Shown: in pieces, positions 43,150 to 53,485 of the stretch
How the letters are laid out: the number at the start of each line of letters is the position of its first letter
Position numbering within the stretch: the stretch's first letter is position 1
NCBI RefSeq assembly: GCF_963676685.1
Contig: NC_092349.1
Location: 77,500,001-77,564,000 of the forward strand
Length of the DNA: 64,000 bases
Origin: Mytilus edulis
Taxonomy: Eukaryota
Direction of reading: 5' to 3'
The notes under the pieces: generated by a model
The model's database searches: none
What the model saw: the letters and a program-made list of their open reading frames with translations, nothing else
Told to the model about the DNA's origin: nothing
Made by a program: the position numbers and the translations under genes

Positions 43150-44030
43150 ATCATTTACTTATAAATTCATTAGCACCCAGTACACAGAAAGCATATTTGC
43201 ATAGCATGGACATATTTGTTAAATTCAGAGAAAATCATGGTTTTTCTGATGTCTGGCCTATTCCGCTTGATGACTTGACATCATTCATTGTTTATATGTT
43301 TAGAAAGAAATTGTCCCACTCAACAGTATCTGGCTATATTTCAGGCTTAAGTTACTTTAATAAAATCAACAATTTAGAAGACAATACACAGAAATTTGTT
43401 GTCAGAAAATTGATTGAAGGAATAAAAAGGTTGGGGGGCCCAAATCAAAAGGACACTAGATTACCCATAACGAGAGATATATTGGAAAAATTATTGAGGT
43501 CACTGGCGGTGATTTGCAAAAACGGGTATGAGACAAAACTGTTTATGGCTTCATTTTCGCTAGCCTTTCATGGTTTTATGAGAGTAGGTGAAATAACAGT
43601 TGATTGTAAAAATAAGCAGATGCATACTGTAAAATTTGAAAATATAAAGCTTTGTGATGCAAGATTAGAGGTTTTATTGACGTCATCTAAAACTGATCAG
43701 TTTGGTTCTGGAACAACAATCGTTATTTCTAAGCAGAAAAACAAAAATGTATGTCCAGTACAAATAATGGCTAATTTTATTAAAGTTCGCCCACCTTATC
43801 TGGGACCTTTATTTTGTCATTTTGATGGATCCCCCCTTACAAGATACCAGTTTTCAGCATTATTAAAAAGGTCTCTGTCAGTAATTGGTATAGAAAACAA
43901 TGGATTTAAGTCCCATTCCTTTAGAATTGGCATGGCAACTACATGTGCATTAGAAGGTATTTCTGATGAACAAATTAAAGAAATGGGACGTTGGAAGTCA
44001 CAGGCCTTTTTGCGTTACATTAGGATTTAA
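43146..44030 (+). CDS. ORF3, tyrosine recombinase
   Basis: Catalytic set intact: R (GFMRVGE), K (SKTDQ), HxxR (HSFRIG), W (GRWKS), Y (LRYIR). ATGA overlap with the ORF2 stop; the frame is open back to 43026. Confidence 0.95.
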   Translation: MNHLLINSLAPSTQKAYLHSMDIFVKFRENHGFSDVWPIPLDDLTSFIVYMFRKKLSHSTVSGYISGLSYFNKINNLEDNTQKFVVRKLIEGIKRLGGPNQKDTRLPITRDILEKLLRSLAVICKNGYETKLFMASFSLAFHGFMRVGEITVDCKNKQMHTVKFENIKLCDARLEVLLTSSKTDQFGSGTTIVISKQKNKNVCPVQIMANFIKVRPPYLGPLFCHFDGSPLTRYQFSALLKRSLSVIGIENNGFKSHSFRIGMATTCALEGISDEQIKEMGRWKSQAFLRYIRI

Positions 44031-44197
44031 ATGCCTGAACATCATATATGTACATTTATTTGTGTAAATATGTTTCTATATTTGCTTATTTTGTAATGCA
44101 GTCTTGAGCTGACATTTAAATAATATTGTATTATGTAAATAAATGGTATGTCCTGCATCAATATAAGCAAGTAATAATTGCTTTCTAAGAATTGCAG

Positions 44198-44799
44198 GAC
44201 ATGCTACAGTTTGGATCGTTGGATCCTCGATTATTAAGCATGCCTTTGGGGAAGCCAGAGGAAGACCGGGAGGGGTAAACTTGGGGCTGCAGAGGATGGG
44301 AGTAAATATTTGGTGGCAGGGAAAATGTGGAGGTAAAGTGCTGGACATGAAACAACAAATAAGAACCATGTTAAAATATGAAGATCCGCCAACTATATTA
44401 GTTTTACATATTGGAGGCAATGATATAGGGGAAAAAAGTTCAAAAACTCTTTGTGAACTAATAAGGAAACAGTTCAGTTGGATGCGTCAACTGATGTTGG
44501 ACACAGTTTTTGTCTGGTCTCAAATTATTCCGAGATCAAGTTGGCGTTACTCTGACAATATTAATGCCATGGAAAAATGTAGAATGAGGGTTAATACCTC
44601 TATAGCATCATTTTTAACCAAAACAGATGGTTGTTACCTCCGTTACCCTGATATAAAGGCTAATGAATTATTCTTAATGAAAGATGGAGTGCATTTGACG
44701 TCTTTGGGAAATAACATTTTTTTGAATACCCTCCAGGGAGGATTAGAAATGATCATCAGGAATCTTGGCATTAATTTAACCTTCCCCGACTGTAAATAG
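44198..44799 (+). CDS. ORF4, SGNH/GDSL hydrolase (frame extends upstream of the track's 44281 start)
   Basis: Frame is open from 44167: ...GHATVWIVGSSII (block I Ser), GKCGGK (block II), HIGGND (block III), DGVHL (block V). No ATG precedes block I; an acceptor-like ttgcag ends at 44197. Confidence 0.88.
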
Positions 44800-44841
44800 A
44801 TACAACTGTTATGTTAACATTTTATATCTGACGTTTCAAGT

Positions 44842-45256
44842 AAGTTACTAGGAAGTAACTTGAAAGTTAATATATTAAATTGTATTTGGCACAGCTTCGC
44901 GCAGCTACACCCCCTCTTTTCAGTGGCGGTTGTCCAATCAGATCAAGTTGTTACCCTGATCTTATCGGACAATTTGGCACATTTCGCTGCGCTGGATTTA
45001 ACATTCATATATTCAGTGAACAGTAATGATAGCCTCTGATTACCAGGGCTCATCAGTCAACTTCTCGTACCAGACATATTACTTAAATATATTTATATTA
45101 GTGGTTTGCCATAATTTGCGGTAGCCACATTATAATTTACATATATATTAAATACAGACATTGATAAATATATTTCAGAGCAAGATTGCCAATTTAAATA
45201 CATATTATATATCATATATGTTATATTTTATTCAAGATAAAGCTGTGGCCAAATAC
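44842..45256 (+). other. Structured 3' non-coding region of the retrotransposon
   Basis: Several hairpins, most of them enclosed by GTATTTGGCACAGCTT (44882-97) / AAGCTGTGGCCAAATAC (45240-56); pairing found by eye. Confidence 0.6.
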
Positions 45257-45290
45257 TGCCAAAACCTTATTATCTATTTGTTATGTTTTG

Positions 45291-45358
45291 GGCCTCGAGG
45301 ATAATGTTTTCTCGGGGTAATAATCTGCTCTATCACACTCTCAGCTATGTGTTATTTA
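45291..45358. mobile_element. Right arm of the split palindromic element
   Basis: Inverted match to 39441-39500. Confidence 0.7.
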
Positions 45359-47844
45359 TATAACGAAAATCTTATAAAAAAATTGAGATGGAAACGGGGA
45401 ATGTGTCAGAGAGACAACAACCCGACCAAAGAGCAGAAAACTGCCGAAGCTCACCAAGTGTTATAAGTTTGACCTCTTAGTCTATGGATACTAAAGCCAT
45501 TGCCAAATGTGTAGAGAAGAACAAACAAGACATGATACTCGTCTATAGTTTTATCTTATATATTGGGAACATGGTGTTTTATGGCGGATCATTATTGAGT
45601 GTCAATACTGGGATAAATTTATCAAAAATATGTGAAAAAAGAAATACTATAGATAAAATATACTGGGCAGCTATGTTCTATAAAATGGAATGTCATTTAT
45701 GTCGTGTTAAAAGTTTAAAATTATAAAGATAACTTTAAATAATATAGTAATCCAATGTTTACAATATGTGTAAATTGTTTTATTACTACTATAACGGGTG
45801 TGTGTATGTCTCTTAACGAGATTTACATCGAATCCTTAACATGATTGTACAATGAGCGGTTTAGACAAGCTTTTTCTATATTTAAAGAATATATTGTTCC
45901 ATTAGATTGTGATAGGAATTTAATTTTTATGACATACTCTTGGTGGTGATTTATGGCACCTTTGATTCTTAACAACTATGTAAGCTAATGTTAAGTGTTC
46001 TTAACAACAATGTAGGCTAAGGTTAGGCGTACCATGTAAGAGGGTACCTGCGGAAGTGATTAAAAACTTTGACGTATCCACGATAGCATGTCATGTTGGT
46101 TTCTTTTTTTCTTATATTTTAAGCTTTCAACTAAGAGGATCTCATACTAGCTATGAAAATTATTTCACGAAACAACTATGTATTAAAACACAACATGTTG
46201 ATAGTTAAAACAAAATACAGGTACCAAGCAAACAATAACCATAAGTCAAAGAAAAATACAGGTACCAAATATGTAAGCAAACAATAACCATAAATCAAAG
46301 AAAAATGAGAAGGACAAAACGACAAATAACCGTTCACAAAACATAAAAATAACATTAAGAAACCCGAATTATTGGTCTGATAAGTTTACTTGTGTGGGAT
46401 GTATATAGGGAAAACGGTACTATTTATTCTGCCATAGGCGACAATGTTAACATTTTCTAAATTTACCACTTTTTAAGATAAAAACCTGGATAAAACAGTT
46501 ATATGTTGTGTTAGTACTTTATTACTCTGTTTTAAAAATTAAAGCCAAATAGTATCATGACCAACTTCCAACGGAGCTTGTTTATGTTATCCATGCCCAC
46601 CGTCATTTTGCACCAAATTTATGAAATTTTGCAAGTCTTTTCGAATAATTCTCTAGAAAATATTACAATAGCTTTTAAAATTTATATTGTAAATATACAC
46701 ACTGCAGTTATTCATAGACAAATAAAAAATATATTGTACCCTTACATCCAATCACAGCGCTCCTAATTTGACTTCCTTCACCTGCCTTAGGTACACAAAA
46801 GGCCAACCTAATGCTGGGAAAATTAAATACTACTGTTTTCCCTAAATACACAGCCACGTCTAATGATATTATGGACGTTAAACACATCGGATAGTTGGAG
46901 TGTTGTTTTTCAAGTTCTCGATCCACGTACAGAAAACATACTTATCGGATTTATTTATAGTTTATAGTCATCCTGAATATGATACAATGTGTCAACCAAT
47001 CAACATCAATCAAGTTTGTTAGATGTCAACTGATGTCTGTTTCACATTTGGTCATATCGGCTCCTTTTATAGCTGACTATATGGTATGGATTATTCTCAT
47101 TGTTGAAGGACATACATTAACATATTATTGCTTAAATCAGCTATATTTTAAGTCCATCAGATAGCCGTCTCATTTGTATCATAGCATATCTCCTTACTTT
47201 ATATCATTAAACATTGACTTGACCATTAGAACCAAAATTCTGACCAGATTAGCTAATCTGTAATTAAATATTAAATATGCAATTGTATTATAAAACTATA
47301 AAACTTTGTTTATATTTACCTGGAAAGGTGGTAGACATTAAAGCAAATAATCACTTAATATTTTCAGGTACACGAGAAAGATTTAGCTGCATGATTGATC
47401 GTAATATGCAAGTTGTTTTGTCAGTTATTCTTATGCAGGACTTTATAACAGCTTAGTGTGATATGCTGTGAATCCAAAAATGTAATAAAAAAAGTTTTTG
47501 TTAGTCCGAGAAAAGATTTGATTTTTTAGTTCGATAAAAAAATGATTTAAAAAAACACAACTTTAGAACGGTTTCAAAATTATTAATGAAGCTGCTTGAA
47601 ATACCTTCACGAAACTATGTTTAATATAAAATATAAACTGGATAAATGCAAATTGTCTAAACGTTATAATGTCTCCTTAAAATACATGATTGTTTTGAAT
47701 AACCCTTTTTTTTTGTTGGTATTGTTGCTATTGGCGTACAGATTAATGAAATATGGAATTGGTATACACACAGAAAAAAATCAAATTATTTCCAGCGTAA
47801 TTATAGACAGCACTGATTCTAGCAATTTTAATTTTCAAAGAAAA

Positions 47845-48591
47845 CTAGAACACACCCGTGATATCGCGGGTCCGTGACTGAATTAAAGTATATAACTATG
47901 CGCAAGCCTTATTTTAGTATTATTTTTTATCTGATAAAGTCATGCCGATTATAAGATACACAGTTTTCTCTGCTTTCAAATCTTTCTGTTTGAACCTGTC
48001 GAACTTGAACTTATCAATTATTTGTAATATTAATTATTTGAATAACAAAAGGTCCTGGAATGGAGTATTTTTTAATCAACAGCATTGTCCTATGTTAGTT
48101 ATAAATACCATTGAATTCTTTGATTCACTGTTTTATGTCATGCCCGCTAACAAATTGAAAACGGTTCCTATATGCACCTTATTTTTAGTCCAGATTTTTA
48201 GTATTCGTATTGTTATCTTAGAAAGTCTTACTGATTAAAATACTACAATAGGTAACAATTTAGTAGTGTCAACCCTGTGATTATGATCCGTGTATATAGC
48301 ATAATCCTAAATACACCGTTTGGTGGTGCACCTGTTAGATGCGGAACGTACAGATAAGGTAATAGGTAACAGGTGAATATACTATTGGTATCGGTATCGG
48401 ACTCGACCCGGAACTTCTTAATTATTGGCAATATTAATTACGTGGAAAACAAAAGGGCCTGGAGTGGTGTAATTTTTAATCTACACCTTTGTACTATATT
48501 AGTTATATATAAAGCTAAATTCTTTGATTCGTCGTTTTTACGTGATGACGGCTGACAAATTGGACCTCGTAATTTTAGTATTATAGATAGA
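47845..48591 (-). mobile_element. Non-autonomous Helitron (~747 bp)
   Basis: Minus strand: A|TCTATCTATAATAC... ends ...ACCCGCGATATCACGGGT (hairpin) GTGTT CTAG|T. This gives 5' TC, a 3' hairpin plus CTAG, an A/T insertion site and no TSD. Internal duplication ~48020-48140 / 48420-48540. Confidence 0.85.
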
Positions 48592-49904
48592 TTCTATTTT
48601 AGTGGTATTCCTGTCGATGTTCGTTCTTTTCGGGTGATACGGTTTCCACCAATAATTCTGCGACCTATTAAGCATTTTAGTTGGATCAGTCTTTGATGTC
48701 AAAAAAATTGTGAAATATTTGTATCAAAATTCTGCCCAGTAAAATGTACAATATTCTTTGTGGTGGTAAAATTGTCGAAAATGTTTTTTAAACATGACAA
48801 TGGCTTTTAAACTTTGACCCTGTGCGTGAAACAAGCAAATAGAACATCTGTTCTCATCTCTTTTCAAAGCAAATGTATTGTTGCTATGTAAATATAATAT
48901 TTTATAAGCTATACTTAAAAAAGGGGAAATACCAAAGGGGACATAAAAAACGCAGAATTTTACAGTACACAATATATAACAAATATTTCTTTTAAATGCT
49001 ATATGTATATGCATGTTGTAGCTATTTCAAAAAGAAGAAAAAAGCATCGATAGCTACTAAATTGTTTAAATAGCTGATAGAACTAAGGTAGAGGAACGTA
49101 TATTTTACCAATAGATCACAATCATGATAAAAAAAAATGTTCTAAATACCTATGTTTATACGGAATGCATTATAGAGCAACATCATTTCAATCATATCAA
49201 TTTTTACCTAAGTCAGGCAAGGGAGCCATAGCTCTTTCTTAATCAAATTTTTTATCGATAATTTTATCAATCATTGATATTCAATATATATACGATATAT
49301 TGACAATTTTCTTTCCTGATTTCTAGTATCATTATATTAACGGCATTGAACCTCACACACCACACCTACACGTACCAGTCCTAATTTGTATAAAATGGAT
49401 TAGTGACCCAAGTTACCAAATATAAATGTTTGTTGTTTGCTCTTTAAATAATTAATGTTGACCATTCGGAAGTCCTAATATCATAATTCAATAAAAGGCT
49501 TAAATAGCCCGAACTATAAGCTTAACATTATGGGAACTTTTGATGCCTTCTTTCAATGCTTTTGTGGTTTAAAGGGCGTATATTGGTCTAATGGCAAATT
49601 AATAATGCATGATGGTAGTATGACAAATGAAAATGTAATGTCAACAGTTCCAAATAACTGGAGAAAGTTATTGAAAATATGATGCTTAGATGGTATTTGC
49701 AGTCCATAGTAATATTAGCACACACCTCTACTTCTTATAAATATGTTATACCAACAAAAGTCGCAATCTTTAACAAATTGCCGTCAATGGGGAAAAATAC
49801 ATACAACTTGTGTAAATCGTTGATACTTAAATTTACATTAAATATTTCGTAGTTCTACATTTGTTAATATACATTTTCGGCGAGGTTTTTTTTACAAGGA
49901 AACA

Positions 49905-49944
<40 letters not shown>

Positions 49945-50988
49945 TTGATGATAAGTCTAGTTACATTGACACACACATGATAAACAGAAGCAGTACACAC
50001 TACTAATGCAACATTTGAATGTTTTCAATTCAATTTCATTTTTTTTCATCGAATGACAACACACCACACTGTCCGGTGTATTCATTGAACGAAACTATCT
50101 CAATACATTTTAGATTCATTTTAAAAACAGCAAGACAATGAGCATCAGCTCAATAAAAAATCTATGAAATATTGAAGACTATACCCTAAGTTCAATTGAT
50201 CGTTTCAAGGGATGCAATTCAAATAAGACAATGTAGTTTAACCAAGAGAAACGCTTTACTATTAAAATGTTAAATATCTTTGAACCAATTCATTTTCTGG
50301 GGCCTTTTTAAGCTCTTATTTTACCTCTTCGTGTGGCCCTTTTTAGCCGTTTTATTTGTAAAACCTGCATTAAGCGTCAGTTGATTGCTTATTGCTACTA
50401 GAGTGTTGCTTTTGAACATGTCCCATATCTTTGTTTTAGTACACATATGTTCCTGTAATATGTATTCAAAATATAAAGATTTCATACATTTTCCATTTAA
50501 TATAAATATCTTTAAAAAATAAAAGATTTTAATTCTTTCAATTGTCCATCATTTTGCAACTTCTTTTCTTTTCCTTTTTTTTAATACCTATAGTATACAA
50601 GTGAGACATTAATCTTTTTCTAGTTATTAGTATCCTCAATTTTTACATATCAATAATTCCCAAAATTGATTATATCACGACATCTTAATATCTTTGTATG
50701 TCTACGAGGAGTATTCTTTACCCTCTTAACTTCTTGAATGTTATTTAACGGTATATACATGATATAATGACCCTTACTCTTTCAAGTTGTTTACTCATAT
50801 TATCTAAGTAAATAACTCCAGTATTTTTGTCACATTTATTAAGGTGGTGATAATTTACTGTTCATCGTTTCACTTTGTCGTATACTTATTTTGTTTACAC
50901 AAGTAAAACGTATACTAATTCCTTCTGATTACAGTGTAATGGGTAATGATATTATACTCTACATTAATCAACGGGCTATGCTCCGTAC

Positions 50989-51154
50989 CGATTATCAGTT
51001 TGTCTGTATGTTTATATTTTAAAATATCAGCTGCGAATAACAATATGATTTGTTTTGTCGAGTGAGCGCACCGAACGAGTTGAAAAAAGCTTTATATTGT
51101 GTCGAGTAGCTGACATTTAATAAAATCAATATGCAGTAGACAACCTGATAATCG
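50989..51154. mobile_element. Palindromic element with core cgagtgagcgcaccgaacgag
   Basis: cgattatcagtttgtct...atatcagctg / agctgacattt...agacaacctgataatcg form imperfect inverted arms. Confidence 0.65.
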
Positions 51155-51438
51155 ATTTATCAAATTGCATTTGGTCCAGGGACACAGTTTTGGGTTTTCA
51201 TTGTCTACGAATATAGTCCCTAGCGTGAACAGTGTACAACTTGCATTTTTTATTCGATACACTTTCCCAATTTATTTCTTGATATTTAAAATATGCATGA
51301 AAAATTAAGAAGGAGGATGTAATTACATGTTAAAAAAACTTGCTGAATCTTTATGTTAAGGAGTGATTTGGTCCTGTTAAAAAAAAAGTCAAATTTTATT
51401 ACGTCTGAAGCTGTCAAACTGAATTTTAGACCCCTTAA

Positions 51439-52037
51439 GGTGGTATGGGTGTCTTTCGCGATCTTGGATTGTAAAAAACAGAGAACCTAAGGTCAAGATT
51501 TTCTACATATATCATGTTAGCAAAATTTTATTCAGGAATGCAGATATTTAAGGTGAATTTTCATTCAAAGAACCAATTTATAAGAATATAACTTATATAC
51601 ATTAATATTTTTACAGGTGTAGATTATTTTTTGTTGTTTTTAAATATTCTCATATTGGCATTTTAATGGGAGGTAACTCTAAAACAGTGCATTTTCTGAA
51701 GGAATCTACATGGAATTTCCTATTTTGTATTTTAGCCGGAAAAAACGTACGGTGACCCTATCTTTTCTTTAGATATTCTCAAAGCATTGTCTGAAAGCTA
51801 TCTTTTACCCATTTATTTTACAATTCTATCATTTCGTTTAGTTTATAATCACAAAATGTTGTTTTTTTCCCTGTAGTAATCAATACAAAATGTGTCATTT
51901 TGTCACAACCTGTAGCTTGAGAAAATGCGCGGTGACCTATCATTTTTATAATATTTTTGAACATTTATCAATAGATACTACGTTTTGGTATAGTATGAAC
52001 AAATTCTATCATTTTTATTTTAGACTCCAATACCACC
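51439..52037. mobile_element. Kolobok-like non-autonomous DNA transposon
   Basis: TTAA|GGTGGTATGGG...CCAATACCACC|TTAA; internal repeated cggtgacc(c)tatc motif. Confidence 0.85.
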
Positions 52038-52300
52038 TTAACACAGAATTGTCAATATTTTGAGTTTGAGCTGGTAGAAGTTTCGGATCAAGTATAGAAT
52101 ACGTGATTGTAGTACCATCGGACTTATATTTAAGTCAAATGAAGTAAATCGGTTCTTATACAAATTACATAATTGTAGTACCATCGGACTTATATTTAAG
52201 TCAAATGAAGTAAATCGGTTTTTATACAAGTTAAATTATTTTCCAGGTTTATTATTTGAAGATTGTAGTTATGTTTAATCGCCATATTAAGTTGGGATCG

Positions 52301-52400
52301 TCAGGTCGACAGGCCGACAGGTCGACAGGTCGATAGATCGACAGGTCGACAGGTTGGCAGGTCGACAGGCCGACAGGCCGACAGGTCGATAGGTCGACAG
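52301..52400. repeat. 8-bp satellite (caggtcga)n
   Basis: ~12 units read directly. Confidence 0.9.
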
Positions 52401-52929
52401 TGACATGTCAACAATTAGCTTGATTGACAGTCCGACATGTCGAAAATGTAGCTATTTCTTTTTTATAATTGTTAAAAGTTTAGGCAAACGGTTCTACAGA
52501 TAAAAAAAACATAAGCATCAACACATACAATAACAGTATAAGCTATTTATAGTTTTTCATCTAATATATAAAAGAAGTGATTGTATATTTTATTTGAGAG
52601 GAAAAATTAAATTTCAACAAAACAAAACTCGTCAATTACTTTTTCTTTAAGTTTACAGTGGCGCTTTTTAATCCATTTTAGTTTATCTTTTATTGGCCGT
52701 TTCATTTTTTTTCATTAAAGATTGCAATGTCCTTTAAAAATTTATGGAAAACGTCTCCATTTGAAAACCCGTATCTGTATCTGTAGCAAAATTCATTTAA
52801 TATGTCACCGATTCTTTCACGTCTCACTCCTTTTATTGATTTGATTTTTAGTTTTGCAAGCCCCCATATGCCTTCAATTTCATTTGTGCAGGTTCCATCT
52901 TGTGCTTTACAATACGATACAGTTCAATT

Positions 52930-53485
52930 GCTGACTTGTCGACTTGCTGACTATTTTTATTGAGTACTCAACTTCCCCCTACACAACATCCTGACTTAAT
53001 GACAAATAATCTATGGATAACATGAAACATCTGCTGACCTGTCGACCTGTCGTCCTGCTGACCTGTCGACCTGTCGACCTGTCGACTTGCTGACCTGTCG
53101 ACCTGATGACCTGTCGACCTGATGACCTGTCGACCTGTCGACCTGCTGACATGTCGACCTGCTGACCTGTCGACCTGTAGACCCGTCGACCTGCTGACCT
53201 GTCGCCCTGCTGACCTGTCGACCTGCTGACCTGTCGACCTGCTGACCTGTCGACCTGCTGACCTGTCGACTTGCTGACTATTTAACTGAGTACCAAACCT
53301 TTCCTCTACACAACATCCTGACTTAATGACTAATAATCTATGGATAACATGAAACATCTTTTGACCTGTTGTCCTGCTGACCTGTCGATCTGCTGACCTG
53401 TTGACTTGCTGACCTGTTGACCTGCAGACCTATCGACCTGCTGACCTGTTGACCTGCTGACCTGTAAACTTGCTGACTATTTAAT
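52930..53485. repeat. Inverted 8-bp satellite (cctgtcga/cctgctga)n inside a higher-order repeat
   Basis: The spacer cttgctgactattt...ctacacaacatcctgacttaatgac...gaaacatct recurs at ~52943 and ~53270 and partly at ~53469; explains ORFs 52968-53357 and 53338-53559. Confidence 0.9.

Larger units (their letters stand above)
39528..45290 (+). mobile_element. Ngaro/DIRS-type tyrosine-recombinase retrotransposon, coding-intact
   Basis: Co-oriented gag-like, RT-RNase H, YR and SGNH hydrolase ORFs without stops. Boundaries are approximate, inferred from the two halves of the flanking palindrome; the 5' limit is least certain. Confidence 0.9.

Noticed and set aside
44076-44420. 114-aa minus-strand ORF
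   Set aside because: Mostly the antisense shadow of the hydrolase ORF; no motifs.
45020-45062. Hammerhead-like CTGATGAG on the minus strand in the retrotransposon 3' region
   Set aside because: Stem II is followed by TATC, not GAAA; better explained as a simple hairpin.
39441-45358. Reading the flanking inverted repeats as ordinary DIRS1 ITRs
   Set aside because: No internal complementary region found; the left arm continues into related upstream sequence and holds its own symmetry centre; ORF layout with a hydrolase is Ngaro-like. Disfavoured, not excluded.
49909-49939. 31-nt poly(T) as a possible retrocopy tail
   Set aside because: No TSD or recognisable retroposed body could be identified.
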